DNA of 64,000 nucleotides from Pelagomonas calceolata (GCA_918797485.1 CAKKNE010000004.1:3658001-3722000), one strand, 5' to 3'; shown: positions 40,015 through 51,017, numbered from the stretch's first letter. Numbers and translations are program-made. The notes: generated by a model not told the origin, from the sequence alone.

Positions 40015-40949
40015 ATGAAGCTGTTCGTCCTCGTTCTCGCCGGCATTGCTCAACAGGCGACTCCACTCCAACTCCTCAACGCCGGTGGCGGCCGCGGCGC
40101 CGGCCTGCTATTGCCGCGGGCGCTGAACGAGCGGCAGCAGTCGCAGATGTACGCGTACGTCTGCGCGAACGCGCGGGGCACGCAGGAGTGGCAGAACCTC
40201 CAGGTCGACGCGGGAACGCTTGCGTGCGACGAACGTGATATGCGTGTTCCGGCGTCCTTGAATTTGCTCGGCCTGTGCCTCACTGGTCGACTTTCCTACA
40301 GGTTCAAGACCCCCTTCCCCGCCGAACGGCCGCTGCCGTTGCTCGTGCATAAGCACCCGTACACGCTCAAGTCGAACGGCGAGGAGCCGAGGACAATCCT
40401 GACCTGGGCCCGCCAACTGGCCTCGTACGCTGCACGCAAGGTGGCCTCCGTGGACGCGACGGGCCTGGCGCCGCGGGAGGAAAGAGCGCGCCTCGCGCGG
40501 GCCCTGCGGGCGACGCGCCTGGACTCGCTGGTGTCGATCCTCTACCGTGCGCGTGGCGCCCTGCGGCCGCACGTCGACCACGGGCTCGAGGGTCTAGGAC
40601 TTGCCGTGAGCCTCTGTGTAGAAATCAATGCAGTTACGGAGACGACGTCGCGTTGATGGCGTGGGGCGTGCGAAATTTGATTTCCACACAGGTCAGCCTC
40701 GGCAGCTCGTGCGAGTTCCGCTACGGCGACGAGATCGTCGAACTCAGGTCGGGCGACGCGCTGTTCGGCAACTTCGGCAGCGTCGAACACGAGGTCGTGT
40801 CGACGCGTCCGGCGGCGACGGGGCCGGCGTGGTGGAGACGCCTGCCCGCGGCGCCGGGGCTGGCCGGTGAGATCTCGCGTTTTGGCCGCGCGCGGTGCAG
40901 TTTGCAAATCCGCCAGGCGCGCGATCGACGGCGCGCGTCGTCGGGCTGA
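40015..40949 (+). CDS. AlkB-like 2OG-Fe(II) dioxygenase; introns 40224-40301 (probable) and 40606-40691
   Basis: Y....LRPHVD, VSLGSSCEF, LRSGDAL, VEHEV and RCSLQIR form the HxD..H..RxxxxxR signature once spliced. Confidence 0.82.
40224..40301 (+). other. Probable GT-AG intron (78 nt, in frame), decayed Introner
   Basis: GTGCGA...CACTGGTCGACTTTCCTACAG resembles the family end CACTGGTTGATTTCCACACAG. Confidence 0.55.
40614..40691. mobile_element. Short Introner element, 78 bp; GT-AG intron 40606-40691 (86 nt)
   Basis: TIRs CTGTGTAGAAATCAA / TTGATTTCCACACAG. TSD GTGAGCCT vs GTCAGCCT (7/8). Confidence 0.93.
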
Positions 40950-41073
40950 TCCGGCCGCCTTGCGACGCTTGATCCCGCAACGCTCCTCTCCCCATCGAAT
41001 AATAACTTGGTTAAAAATTGCCAGTGACCGATACAATATCTATATCGTTAGACAGGAAGGGAAGGGAAGAACA

Positions 41074-44019
41074 TCACTTGGCGGGCGCCGGCGGCGGCAG
41101 GTCCAAATAGCAGGCCGGCACGAGGCCCGTCGTTCCGGTCGCGTCCCGGACCTCGGCCCAGCCGTCCTCGTGAATTTGCAGGACCTTGACGCGCGCGCCG
41201 CCCGCGACCGCGAGCTGCCAGGGCTCGGCCGGCTCGAAGGGCTGGAGGACCGTGGCGAAGGGTTGGAGGACCGTGGCCCGCGGCGGCTCCGGGGGCTCCT
41301 CTTTCTCATCCTCCGAGGGCGTCGACGAGTACGCCCCGACTTCCTCGTCGGCGTTCGATCGTCGGCGCCGCGAGCAACACCAGGCCCGCTTCCTCCGCTT
41401 CTTCTTCACCTCGGCGCCGTCGTCCGACGTGCGGCGGCGGCAGCAGCACCGCGCGCAACACGCAACAAAACACGCCAGGAGAAACAAGCCCGCGAAGGCA
41501 GAGTAGGGCCACCCGTACTGCTTCGCCCAGCGCCGCTCAGAGCGCGCGGACGCGGACGCGTGCGCCTCGAACAACGCGTACGACGCCACGTAGATCGTGA
41601 GCGACGCGTTGCGCCGGAAGCAGCCGTCGCGGATCGACGCCGTCGTGTGCTCGTGGAGGCACTCGCCGCCGACCCCATCAAAGACCTCGACCGAGACGAC
41701 GTCGCGGACGTCGGTGGCGATCGACCGGTAGCTCAGGGTCTTGAGGAGCTTGTTCGCGGCCGACGGCGTCGCGACGAAGGTGAAGCGGGAATCGTCCAGC
41801 CCGTCGCCCTCGCAGCGCCAACCGCTGGCGCCCCGGCCGAAGCAGTCCCGGTCGCTGTTGAAGTCGGCGAGCGGCAGCAGCGCCGCGTCCATGGAGAGCA
41901 TCGACGTCGAGAATTGTGCGGCCACCGTCACCCGTACCGCGTCGACGTCGCGGTCCGCGTCCGTGAGCTCGAGGCCCTCCAGCAGTACGGTAGACGGGAA
42001 CTCGTCGTCCGACTCCGCGACGCCCGCGTAGACGGCGAAGGCCCGGGCCGGGTAGAGGAGCGCCGGCGCGTCGTTGACGTTGATCACTTTCAGTGATTGC
42101 GTGGCCACGGGCGACGCGCGCTGCGGCGCGTCGCAGGCGAAGGCGCGGTACTTTATCTGAATCGACGGCACGGCGAGCGCCGACCCGTTCCACATCCGAT
42201 CCGGCGCCGTGAAGGCGTCGGCCCCGCCCTCGTAGCGGACCGGGGCCCCCGCCGCGAAGGGCGGCCGGAGCTTTGTGGAGAGCGCGGCGCCGGGCCCGAC
42301 CTCCACGCCCCAGCCGTCGACGAGGCGTCCTTGGGGGGGCGGTTCCACGATTTCCACGCAGACGTCGCCCGGTGCATCACCGAGATCGACGGCCCGCAGT
42401 TCGACGTCGCCGCCCTCCTCGGCGATCGTCTGGGGTTCTGTTGGTGTCGCGACGATCGGGCTCCGGACCTCTACCGTGACGTTCGTCGCAAATGACGTGG
42501 CGTCGTGCGCATCTATGAGTCGGAACCGGAAGGAGTCGACGAGGAACACACCGGTCTCGGGGTCCATCGCGTCGGTCGTCACGGGACCCTCGTAAAGATA
42601 GGAAACCGTCCGCGCCGTGGCGTTCAGTATTATGGAGACGTCCGGTGAAATAGGGCCGTCTAGTACTGCAATTGCGGTGGCGATGGGATCGTCGACGTCG
42701 CTGCCTGGCAACTCGATGACGCGGGCCGCGCCGGCCTCGGCTACCAGAGTCATATTCGACGGCACCGGCGGGTCGTTGACTGCGACCGTCGAGATCAAGA
42801 CCGTCGCGGCACTCGAGATCGACCCCGTGCCACCATCCACCGCCCGATACGAGAAGTTCATGACGTTCTGACCGACGGCGTCGAGCGGCGGCCGCGCGAG
42901 GAGTCTCGGCGGGTCCAGGACGTCTCCTACACTAATCGGCGTGCCGTCTAGATGCAGGATCTCGCCAGCCTCCGGCAGCGTCGCGACCATGGCCGTCGAT
43001 TTCATCGGCTGACTCGCGGGATAGCCCGGTGCCTCGTCGAGGTCCACGACGTTCAGTGAGACGGTCCCGAGGCGCGACGCCGGCAAGGGCGCCGCGTAGA
43101 GCTTCGGAGCAATATCTAGGAGTGAGCCCGCAATAGCCTCGCCGTCCTCGTTGATCGTGGCCTCGACCGGGTATGCGAGCGCCGGCGTCTGCGGTAGGCC
43201 CGCGTCAAAATTCTGGGCCACGTCGGCGGCGTCGAGCTTGCGGTCGTAGATTTTCAAGGAGAAGATATCACCTCCAAAGGGCTCGGCACCCTCGTAGCGG
43301 GAGATGCCGTCCGAGAAGAGCTCGAGCGCGAACGTGTCCGCCCAGGCTTCCGTCGCCTTGAAGTCCTCGTATTCGAAGCCGGCCATGAAATTGTTGTCAT
43401 AGTAGAGCATGCCATCAACGTAGACGTCAATTCGTTGGCCAATTGAGACGACGACGTGTGAGACATTGCCACCGGCGATGTCCCCAACTAGATCGGGTAT
43501 ATTTTTGTTGAACCACTGCGTGTCGACTCCGTCGTCGTAGGGACTCTGACCGCGGAAGACCATGTTCACAAGCAGCCTATCTTGGTACGCGCAGACCCGC
43601 AGGCCGACATTATTCAGCTCCGAATCGTCATCAGCATCAGGCGCGCCGATCGAAAAAATGGGCTGCTCCTCCGTGCTCTCGCCCACGCCGTCGAGGCGCA
43701 ACCAGAGCTCCACCGTCAAACCGTCAGAGCCGTCCTCGGCGCTGGCGCCGAGCGCGTCGCGCAGCGCGGCCGCGCCGGCGGTGACGCGCGGCGCGGCGCC
43801 GTCCGCGGCGACGCCCAGCCCGTGGAGGCAGCGCGTCGAGGCCGTCCGGACGAGCGGCCCGCCCGCGCCGGCGCCGTCGGGGAAGGTGCCGTTCACGCAG
43901 TCGGCGCGGAGGAATTGGTATGAGGCCAGCAGCCCCTCGTCCACCGCGCCGGGCGCCGCGCCGACCGCGCTCATGGCTGCGACGGCGAGGAAGTGGGCCC
44001 CACGGACCATCGCGCGCAT
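41074..44019 (-). CDS. Type I membrane protein: LamG/ConA-like lectin domain, cadherin/Ig-like repeats, TM helix, cytoplasmic SH3
   Basis: Signal peptide; LTVELWL...HVVVS...VYVDG...IYDRKL; AVNDPP and NVNDAP; TM followed by a Cys/Arg tract; DGWAEV..TGLVPACYL. Confidence 0.8.
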   Translation of the reverse strand: MRAMVRGAHFLAVAAMSAVGAAPGAVDEGLLASYQFLRADCVNGTFPDGAGAGGPLVRTASTRCLHGLGVAADGAAPRVTAGAAALRDALGASAEDGSDGLTVELWLRLDGVGESTEEQPIFSIGAPDADDDSELNNVGLRVCAYQDRLLVNMVFRGQSPYDDGVDTQWFNKNIPDLVGDIAGGNVSHVVVSIGQRIDVYVDGMLYYDNNFMAGFEYEDFKATEAWADTFALELFSDGISRYEGAEPFGGDIFSLKIYDRKLDAADVAQNFDAGLPQTPALAYPVEATINEDGEAIAGSLLDIAPKLYAAPLPASRLGTVSLNVVDLDEAPGYPASQPMKSTAMVATLPEAGEILHLDGTPISVGDVLDPPRLLARPPLDAVGQNVMNFSYRAVDGGTGSISSAATVLISTVAVNDPPVPSNMTLVAEAGAARVIELPGSDVDDPIATAIAVLDGPISPDVSIILNATARTVSYLYEGPVTTDAMDPETGVFLVDSFRFRLIDAHDATSFATNVTVEVRSPIVATPTEPQTIAEEGGDVELRAVDLGDAPGDVCVEIVEPPPQGRLVDGWGVEVGPGAALSTKLRPPFAAGAPVRYEGGADAFTAPDRMWNGSALAVPSIQIKYRAFACDAPQRASPVATQSLKVINVNDAPALLYPARAFAVYAGVAESDDEFPSTVLLEGLELTDADRDVDAVRVTVAAQFSTSMLSMDAALLPLADFNSDRDCFGRGASGWRCEGDGLDDSRFTFVATPSAANKLLKTLSYRSIATDVRDVVSVEVFDGVGGECLHEHTTASIRDGCFRRNASLTIYVASYALFEAHASASARSERRWAKQYGWPYSAFAGLFLLACFVACCARCCCRRRTSDDGAEVKKKRRKRAWCCSRRRRSNADEEVGAYSSTPSEDEKEEPPEPPRATVLQPFATVLQPFEPAEPWQLAVAGGARVKVLQIHEDGWAEVRDATGTTGLVPACYLDLPPPAPAK
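41236..41277. repeat. 21-bp tandem duplication (ATVLQPF x2) at the SH3 start
   Basis: GAAGGGYTGGAGGACCGTGGC occurs twice, with 1 mismatch. Confidence 0.9.
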
Positions 44020-44313
44020 TTTTGGCGGCGCCGCGCGCGCAAGCTGGAAGGTACAGCTTGTGGCAGGGGCCTCCCCGGATGTCCAGGGCCGCTCCACGCG
44101 AGGAGAGGTACTTCCGCCCGCCTGCGAGCCCTGGCAGAAGGGGAGAGGTCGCTGAAACGAGGCCAACCAAATCGGTCCGCCCCGCACGAAATTTTGGCAG
44201 CAGCTAGCCAACTGTGGGCAAAACGCGAATCGAGGCGGCACCGCCACGCCGCGGAACGCGGCTAGGGCCCATTCCCTTGAAGAGCCGACCGAGCGGGCAG
44301 CCTTAAAAACACC

Positions 44314-47300
44314 ATGGTGTCGCCGCGCAAGGAGCACAGCGGCGCAGCCAAGGCATTGCGGAAGTGGCACAAGCGCTGCCGCGACCCCAAGAAGTCCGCC
44401 GACGACATTTTGGATTTAGCACTAAAAGCTTTGGACGACGCGCATGGCGGCGGCCGCGCGCTGCTGGCGCGGGGCGCCGGCGAGCGCACCGCGGCGCTGT
44501 TGTTGCGGGCCGCGGCGCGAAAAATGCGCACAACACCACCAGCCTACCTGCGCAGCGTGGCCTGGTCGCTCAACGAGCTCGACGCGTTTGAAGCCGCGGC
44601 GCTGCGCCTGAAAGCTAGACTGCTCCCGGGCCAGCCGGACTACGCGCGGCTGCGATTAGCTAGAGACGCGGCGCGCGTCGCGGCCGGCCGCGCGCCGGCC
44701 TGGCCGCTCGTTGAAGACGACGACGCGGCCGCCCATGCCGCGATGCTGAAGCTCGCGGAGGTCGCGGACGCGCCCGGTGCTCGGAAAATGCTGATGGAGA
44801 AGGGCGGCTCGCGCCTCGCGGCCTTCCGCTGCGCCGCGACGGGCCGCACCGTGCTCCACTCGGTCTGCGACCTGCGCCGGCGCGGGGACGACACTGCCGG
44901 CGCCATGGAGGACGACGGGAGCAAAGACGACGCCTGGGACGCGGACGCCGTGCGCTTCGCCGACGCTCTCTTAGCGCACGGGGCGGACCCCGGTGCCGCC
45001 GACGACTGCGGCGCGACGGCCATCCACCTGGCCGCGGCGCGACTGCGGCCCCAGTTGGTCGCGCGCCTGGCCCGCGGCCAGTCTTCATCAATCGACGCGC
45101 GCGGCCGCACGCCGCTGCACTACGTCGTGACCGGCTTGCTGACGACGACGCGCCGGTTACGCCCGCGCACGCCGGCGCAGCGCGAGGCCGCCATGGCTCG
45201 ATTGGAGCGCGCAACTAGGCGCGCGACGGAGTGCGCCACCGAACTGCTTTCGACAAACTCGCCGACGACCCGTGATAAAGCCGGGTCCACGCCGCTTGCT
45301 TTAGCCTGCGCCGCGCGCGCCGCCACGGACCTCGCGGCCGCCTTCGCCGACGCGCTCGCTTCGTCGAAAGACGCCGACGACGAGGTGTGTGTCTGGGACG
45401 CGGCGAAGGGCGCCGCGAAGGCCGGCGGCCACCGCTCGTTGGCTCTGCTGCTTGATCTCGCGCGGGCGCGGGGCTGGGATATATCAACGGAGCTGTCTCC
45501 GTTATTAAGGGCGGCGTGCGAGCGCGGCGCGCTGCGGTGCGCCCGTTTGCTCCTGGAAGCGGGCGCGGACCCCGACGATCCGGGTGGCGGGTCGTGGCCG
45601 CCTTTACATATTGCGGCGCGGCGCGACGACGAGCCCCTGTGTCGGTTGTTACTGGACAAGGGCGCGAAAGCCGCGACCGCGGTCGCCAGGCCGCTCAAGG
45701 ACGTGTTCGCCGACGACGACGACCTCGCCGAGCCGCCGTCGCCCGAGATGAAGGCCTTCCGCCGGAGAGCTGTAACGGCGCTGGCGGACCCGGCGCTCGC
45801 GAAGATTCTGCTTCCCGACGACCGGACGACGCCGGCGTGGACCGCGGCGGGCGTCGCGGCCCTGCGGGGCCACTGCGACTGCGCCGCGGCCTGCCTGGCG
45901 CGGCCGGCGCGGGGCCGCGACCGCATGGAAGGAGACGGCGTGGGCGTGCTGACGGCGGGCGTTCTAGGGGGCGGCGACGTCGCCTCGCTAGGAGAAGCGC
46001 TCGCCGGCGCCGCGCGCGTGCCGACGGCGTCACTGGCGAGATCAGCTGACCGCAAAGACGCGAACTTCGGGGGCTGCCGGCCGATGCTCCTCGCCGCGGC
46101 GCTCGGCCGCGCGGACGCGCTCCGGGCGCTCGCGCGGCTCGGCGCCGACAGCGACGCCTTCGTCGAGGTCGAGCGGGACGACGCCGTGGCCGCCGCCGCG
46201 CGCGCGGCGCGCTGCGAGGGCGCCTTCGAGGCCTGTAACAGGGAGGTCGACGCGGCCGAGGCCGCGGCCGGCCCCAACGATCTAGAGGCACGCGTGGAGA
46301 CGGCGCGCGCCGCCGACGCCGCCGCTTCTAAGCTAAGGAAGGCGGCGGAGAAGCGTTTAAGAGCACCCGAGTTCGAGGGCGCCGTCCGCGAGCTGTTCAA
46401 GCCGTCGCGGCCGCCGGACGGCGACCGGGCCACGGAGTACGCCGCCAGAGGCGCGTTGCTCTGTTTGGGCGACGAGGCCGCGGCCTCGGGCGACGGCTGG
46501 TGGAAGGCGGCGCGCAAGTTCGGACGAAGACTACGCCTGGCCGACGCTTTATTGGCGGTGACCGACGCCGTGCACTCGCAGCCGGCTTACCTTTTGACAA
46601 GGCAGGGACCGCGGCGCGCCGTCGCCGAGGCGGCGTCGAAGTGCGACGAGGCCGGCGGCGACGCCCTGAGCGCTTTAGGTGCGTGGTTGCGTTCTTGCGT
46701 GAGCGCGGCGGAGGCGTCGCACCCGAATTTGCGCGCCGCGCGCGCCGTCAGCGCCGCGCGGCGGAAGCGCGCCGACGCCGACAGACGCCTGGCTGAAGCG
46801 CGGCTGGCCGTGACCGCGGCCGCGGCGCCGCGGCGCGGCCATGCCACAGATCCTCACGCGGCGACGTGCACGGTGGGCCTGATTGCGGCGTCGCTGGCCT
46901 TTGGCGCGGCAGGCGACGCGAGAGGACCTGCTCCGCTACTAAGGGAGGCGCGCGAGCGGAGTCAAGCGGCGACGGCGGCGCTGGATTTAGGAGCTGACTC
47001 GGAAAGGCGCGACGGGTCGGGCGCGACGGCGCTGGCGCTGGCCGTGCGTCGCGGATATGTGTCCTTTGCGCTGGACTTGGTGCAACGGGGCTCGAGGCCC
47101 GACGGCGGCGACGGCTCGGCGCTCGAGGCGGCCGCGAGGCTCGCGGCCGCGGGCGCAGCAGGCGCAGGCGAGCTCGTCGAGGCGCTGCTGCGGGCCGGCG
47201 CGTCGGCGCGCACGCGGGGCGGCGATTTAGCCTTGCGAGCCGTCGAGGCGCGCGGCGCGCCGGCAAACGTCGCCCTCGCATTACTCTCGCGGGGCGCCGC

Positions 47301-50300
47301 TTGTGCTCCGACGACAACAAAGAAACGGCCACAGTCCGTTGCAGGGGGCTGGCGCGCCGTGTTCGCCGCCGGCGACGAGACGCCGCCCTCGATCCTGGCC
47401 GAGGTCTGCGCCGCGGCGGCCGCGGCGCGCGCGGCCGCCGCCGACGCGGACGTCGTCGAGCGCGCGCTCGGCGGCGCGCCGGCGACGACCTACGAGCGGA
47501 AGCTTGGGAGGCTCAGGTGTCTTGACGGAACGCACGAGCACGTCGGTCTCGTGCTGGTCGACGACGACGACGGCGCGGCCGGCGACGCCGAGCTCGAGGA
47601 CGGCACGGCCGTCAAGCTCGCGCAGCTGGCGGCGGACTGCCGCCTCTTCTGGCGGTTGCGACGGGCGCCGCGGCCGCGCGTCGCCACGAGCCTCCACGCG
47701 GCCTGCGCGGCCGGCGCGTCGTCCAAGGCCCTGGACCTCATTTTACGAGGCTCTGAGGACGCGCTGACGGCGCGCGACGCTGATGGGAGGACGCCGCTCG
47801 GCGTCGCGCTCGCCGCCGGCCAGAAAAGTGCCGCAGCCTGGTGTCTGAAGGCACACGAGCACTTTTCCCAGGAGCAGGCGGCGCTCGCGGACACGACGAA
47901 TGCGTGGCCCGAGCCGCAATTCGACGCGGTGTGTTTGAGAGCGGCTTCTAGAAGGGCCCACGGCGCCGATGCCGAGTTAAGAAGGTGGCGGCGCCAGTCC
48001 GTGCTCGTCGATGCCGATTTGGAGGCCGAGCACGCGGCGGTGGATCGGGGCGGCGCGGCGCCTCGATTAGCCAGCGTTCTAGCGACGGCGGGCGCCCTGG
48101 CGACGGAACTCGCCGGGCGCCGCGTCGCGTCGCTCTGGAGCCAGGAGGCGCCCTTGCTCTGCGCGGATCGGGCCAAGAAGGCGTTCGGGGAGTTTGGCGT
48201 CGCGCCGTCGTCACTGGAAGCGCTGAAGCAGTTGGACGCGGAGGGCCTGAAGCAGCGTATCACGTTAAGGGCAGTGGAAGCGTCGATGCACCTATTACTA
48301 GCGCCGCGGCCGCGGCGCGCGGCGCCGGTCACCGACTGGGGCGACGAGCGCGAGCAGGCGCGCGAGAGATTGGAAAGGTGCCTCGCGCTCTTCCACGCGC
48401 CTCCTTCCTATGCCGATGGGCTCGAAGTCGAGGGGAACGACCCGGATCCATCCGATGCGAAGGTGCCGGCCGGCGTTTTGAGGGAGGTGCGGAACTACTG
48501 GAAGAATAAACCGGACGAGGACGGCGCGGAGCGCTTCCGGAGTTTCCTGGAGCTCTGGCGGCGCAAGCCGAAGGACGTGTTGAACGCGGTGGACGCGGGG
48601 CGCGCGGCGCTCGCGTGGCTTCGTAGGGTGGCGGCCGCGCGCATCCTGGATATTGTGGCGGCGCACGCGTCGAGCGGCGTTGACGAACGGAAGCTGGCCC
48701 ACTCGCTGGCGACGCGCGCGACAGCTAGAGCGGCGCGCGACGACATTTTAAGTGAGGAGCTGCGCTCGGCACAAGCGTCGCTCGGCCACGCGTCGCGCGG
48801 CGCCGAGCGCATCGCTAAAGTAGTGAGACGGCCGGAGATGAGCCGGAAGTTGCGGACCGTGGACCTGGTCCACCGCCGGGACTGGACCATACTATTGTCG
48901 ACGCCGGACGCGGCCCTGGGCGACCGGCGCCTCGTCGACCTGCGGATGGCCGTCTGCGGCGCCTGCGTCGTCGTGTGCAGCGCCGTCGACGGGCCCGACG
49001 ACATAGACGAGAAGCTGCTGGAGCCTCTCGAACGGGCCTGGCGGCGGCCCGTCACGGCGCCCGTCGAGGACGCCGGCGCCGCGCGGGCGGCCGAGAGGTT
49101 GCTACGCGCGATGCGGTCCTACGACGCGGCCGCGGCGCGGAAGCGCGCCGCCCAGGACGCCGAGTTCGTCGAGACCCTGAGGCTGGCGGCGCGGGATGTC
49201 GCGGCGGCGCAGCACGACGCGCAGCAGTTCGCGACGACGGACCCGGACGACGCAAACCGGACCGCGGCCGACGCGGCGGCGCGGTGGGTCGTCGCGGCGC
49301 ACCGCACGACGGCGCATCCGCTGCTCGCCGACGATGACGAGGAGGAGAATCTCTTGGATCTGGCGATCTCCGCGCTGGGCGACGAGGACCCGCTCCTGCC
49401 AAAAGTGCTCGCGGCGCTGGGCGCCGAGCGGAGCGCCGAGCTGGCCGTGCGGAAATCGAATTCCGACGGCGACTGCCCGCTCGTGAAGTGCTGCCTCACG
49501 CCATGGAAGCCGCGGACCCTCGCCGCTTTACTTCGGGCGGCGGCAGGGTCGGGCTTCGGCGGCGAGGCCTGCCACGACGCGCCGCGGAAGGAGGGGCGCG
49601 CCGCGCCGCTGCGGTTGGCGCTCGAGAGTGCGCCGACGGCCTCGTTCCTGCCGCGCGGCCTCCAGTCGAATGTGGCCGACCGGCGGAACCGGGCCGCCCT
49701 CCTGGCGCTGCTCCAGGCGGATCCGCACGCGGCGGCCGACGACGGCTCGCTCCTGCAATTAGCGTGCGAGAAAGGCTATTTGGACCTCGCGGCGGCGTTG
49801 TTGAGCCATGGCGGCGTGCTCGGCCCGGGCGCACCGCCGGGCCGGCCCGCGCCACTCCATGCCGCCGCAGAGGCGGGCGACCGCGCGCTGTGCGCTCGAG
49901 TTCTCGCCGCCGCGGCGCGGGCCGGTGGCGCGAGCGCCGTGCGCAGCGCGTTGCTCGCGCCGTGGGAGCCCAAGGCCGTCGAAAGGGTCGGGATGAAACA
50001 GACCGCGGGCTCCGAAAAGCTCATGAAGAAGCTCGCGGCGGCGCAAGCCGACCACGTCGAGGAGGAGGAACAGGGCGGGGCCTACGCAGTTCATTGTGCC
50101 GTCCGTGGCAAGGCCGACGACTGCGTCGAACTACTCCTCGACGCTTTGCGCGACCCGGCGATGGTCTCGCCGACGCCGCTGCCCGACGACGGCGACGCGC
50201 ACCGGCCGCGGCATTACAGAGACGCGCCCCTCGGGTCCTCGCTTTTACATGAGGCAGCCTTTCGGCAGGCGCCACAGTGCCTCGAACGATTGTTGCGCCA

Positions 50301-50919
50301 CGGCGGTTTTGACGTATCCTCCAAAGCTCACTTTAAGCCTGTGGGGATCGTGACGCCCCTGGAAGTTGCGGTAAGGCGCGGCGACCCGGCATGCGTCGCC
50401 TTATTACTGCGCCACGGCGCCACGCCGTCGGCCGCGGACGCGTACCAAGGGGCAAAGCGCGGCCGAGGCGCGTCCTCTGCGCATATTCTCACCAAACTCC
50501 TGAGCGACCGCGTGCTGGTAGATTTAGACGCGCCCCTCGACAGTGAGTCGAAGGAAACGCTTCTACACACGGCCTGCCGGCACGGGCAAACGGACTTCGC
50601 GCGGCTGCTCCTGACGTGGGGCGCGTCCTACGCCGTCCGGGACGCGGCGGGCGCGGCGCCGATTCATAATGCAATCGCCGCCGGCCACGCCGACGTGACC
50701 CAGATTCTCGCTCAGTACAACACGGACTACGACGCCCAGGCGCACGTCCTGGCCTGGGGGCTGCGGCGCCACGCGAGGCGGTGTCGGCGGAAAAAGCTCG
50801 CGGTCGACGCCGTCGCCGAGGCCGCGCGGAACGACGAACTCTGGCCGAGTCGACTGACGATGGAGAGGGCCGCCGCGCGAAGGTCGAGGCCATCGCCGAA
50901 CTCGGCCGAGGCGCCGTAA
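44314..50919 (+). CDS. Large ankyrin-repeat protein (2201 aa)
   Basis: Many ankyrin motifs: GRTPLHY, WPPLHIAA, GATALALA, GRTPLGVA, TPLEVAV and ETLLHTAC. Confidence 0.85.
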   Translation: MVSPRKEHSGAAKALRKWHKRCRDPKKSADDILDLALKALDDAHGGGRALLARGAGERTAALLLRAAARKMRTTPPAYLRSVAWSLNELDAFEAAALRLKARLLPGQPDYARLRLARDAARVAAGRAPAWPLVEDDDAAAHAAMLKLAEVADAPGARKMLMEKGGSRLAAFRCAATGRTVLHSVCDLRRRGDDTAGAMEDDGSKDDAWDADAVRFADALLAHGADPGAADDCGATAIHLAAARLRPQLVARLARGQSSSIDARGRTPLHYVVTGLLTTTRRLRPRTPAQREAAMARLERATRRATECATELLSTNSPTTRDKAGSTPLALACAARAATDLAAAFADALASSKDADDEVCVWDAAKGAAKAGGHRSLALLLDLARARGWDISTELSPLLRAACERGALRCARLLLEAGADPDDPGGGSWPPLHIAARRDDEPLCRLLLDKGAKAATAVARPLKDVFADDDDLAEPPSPEMKAFRRRAVTALADPALAKILLPDDRTTPAWTAAGVAALRGHCDCAAACLARPARGRDRMEGDGVGVLTAGVLGGGDVASLGEALAGAARVPTASLARSADRKDANFGGCRPMLLAAALGRADALRALARLGADSDAFVEVERDDAVAAAARAARCEGAFEACNREVDAAEAAAGPNDLEARVETARAADAAASKLRKAAEKRLRAPEFEGAVRELFKPSRPPDGDRATEYAARGALLCLGDEAAASGDGWWKAARKFGRRLRLADALLAVTDAVHSQPAYLLTRQGPRRAVAEAASKCDEAGGDALSALGAWLRSCVSAAEASHPNLRAARAVSAARRKRADADRRLAEARLAVTAAAAPRRGHATDPHAATCTVGLIAASLAFGAAGDARGPAPLLREARERSQAATAALDLGADSERRDGSGATALALAVRRGYVSFALDLVQRGSRPDGGDGSALEAAARLAAAGAAGAGELVEALLRAGASARTRGGDLALRAVEARGAPANVALALLSRGAACAPTTTKKRPQSVAGGWRAVFAAGDETPPSILAEVCAAAAAARAAAADADVVERALGGAPATTYERKLGRLRCLDGTHEHVGLVLVDDDDGAAGDAELEDGTAVKLAQLAADCRLFWRLRRAPRPRVATSLHAACAAGASSKALDLILRGSEDALTARDADGRTPLGVALAAGQKSAAAWCLKAHEHFSQEQAALADTTNAWPEPQFDAVCLRAASRRAHGADAELRRWRRQSVLVDADLEAEHAAVDRGGAAPRLASVLATAGALATELAGRRVASLWSQEAPLLCADRAKKAFGEFGVAPSSLEALKQLDAEGLKQRITLRAVEASMHLLLAPRPRRAAPVTDWGDEREQARERLERCLALFHAPPSYADGLEVEGNDPDPSDAKVPAGVLREVRNYWKNKPDEDGAERFRSFLELWRRKPKDVLNAVDAGRAALAWLRRVAAARILDIVAAHASSGVDERKLAHSLATRATARAARDDILSEELRSAQASLGHASRGAERIAKVVRRPEMSRKLRTVDLVHRRDWTILLSTPDAALGDRRLVDLRMAVCGACVVVCSAVDGPDDIDEKLLEPLERAWRRPVTAPVEDAGAARAAERLLRAMRSYDAAAARKRAAQDAEFVETLRLAARDVAAAQHDAQQFATTDPDDANRTAADAAARWVVAAHRTTAHPLLADDDEEENLLDLAISALGDEDPLLPKVLAALGAERSAELAVRKSNSDGDCPLVKCCLTPWKPRTLAALLRAAAGSGFGGEACHDAPRKEGRAAPLRLALESAPTASFLPRGLQSNVADRRNRAALLALLQADPHAAADDGSLLQLACEKGYLDLAAALLSHGGVLGPGAPPGRPAPLHAAAEAGDRALCARVLAAAARAGGASAVRSALLAPWEPKAVERVGMKQTAGSEKLMKKLAAAQADHVEEEEQGGAYAVHCAVRGKADDCVELLLDALRDPAMVSPTPLPDDGDAHRPRHYRDAPLGSSLLHEAAFRQAPQCLERLLRHGGFDVSSKAHFKPVGIVTPLEVAVRRGDPACVALLLRHGATPSAADAYQGAKRGRGASSAHILTKLLSDRVLVDLDAPLDSESKETLLHTACRHGQTDFARLLLTWGASYAVRDAAGAAPIHNAIAAGHADVTQILAQYNTDYDAQAHVLAWGLRRHARRCRRKKLAVDAVAEAARNDELWPSRLTMERAAARRSRPSPNSAEAP

Positions 50920-51017
50920 GAATTCACTAGACAAGTACGTTTTGACCTTCGAGATCGGCCGCGTCGGCTGCGTCATTGCCGTGTCGCACGCTGTACATAA
51001 GAATTCACTAGACAAGT
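50917..51017. repeat. 20-bp perfect direct repeat flanking a 61-bp insert
   Basis: TAAGAATTCACTAGACAAGT at 50917-50936 and 50998-51017. Confidence 0.92.
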
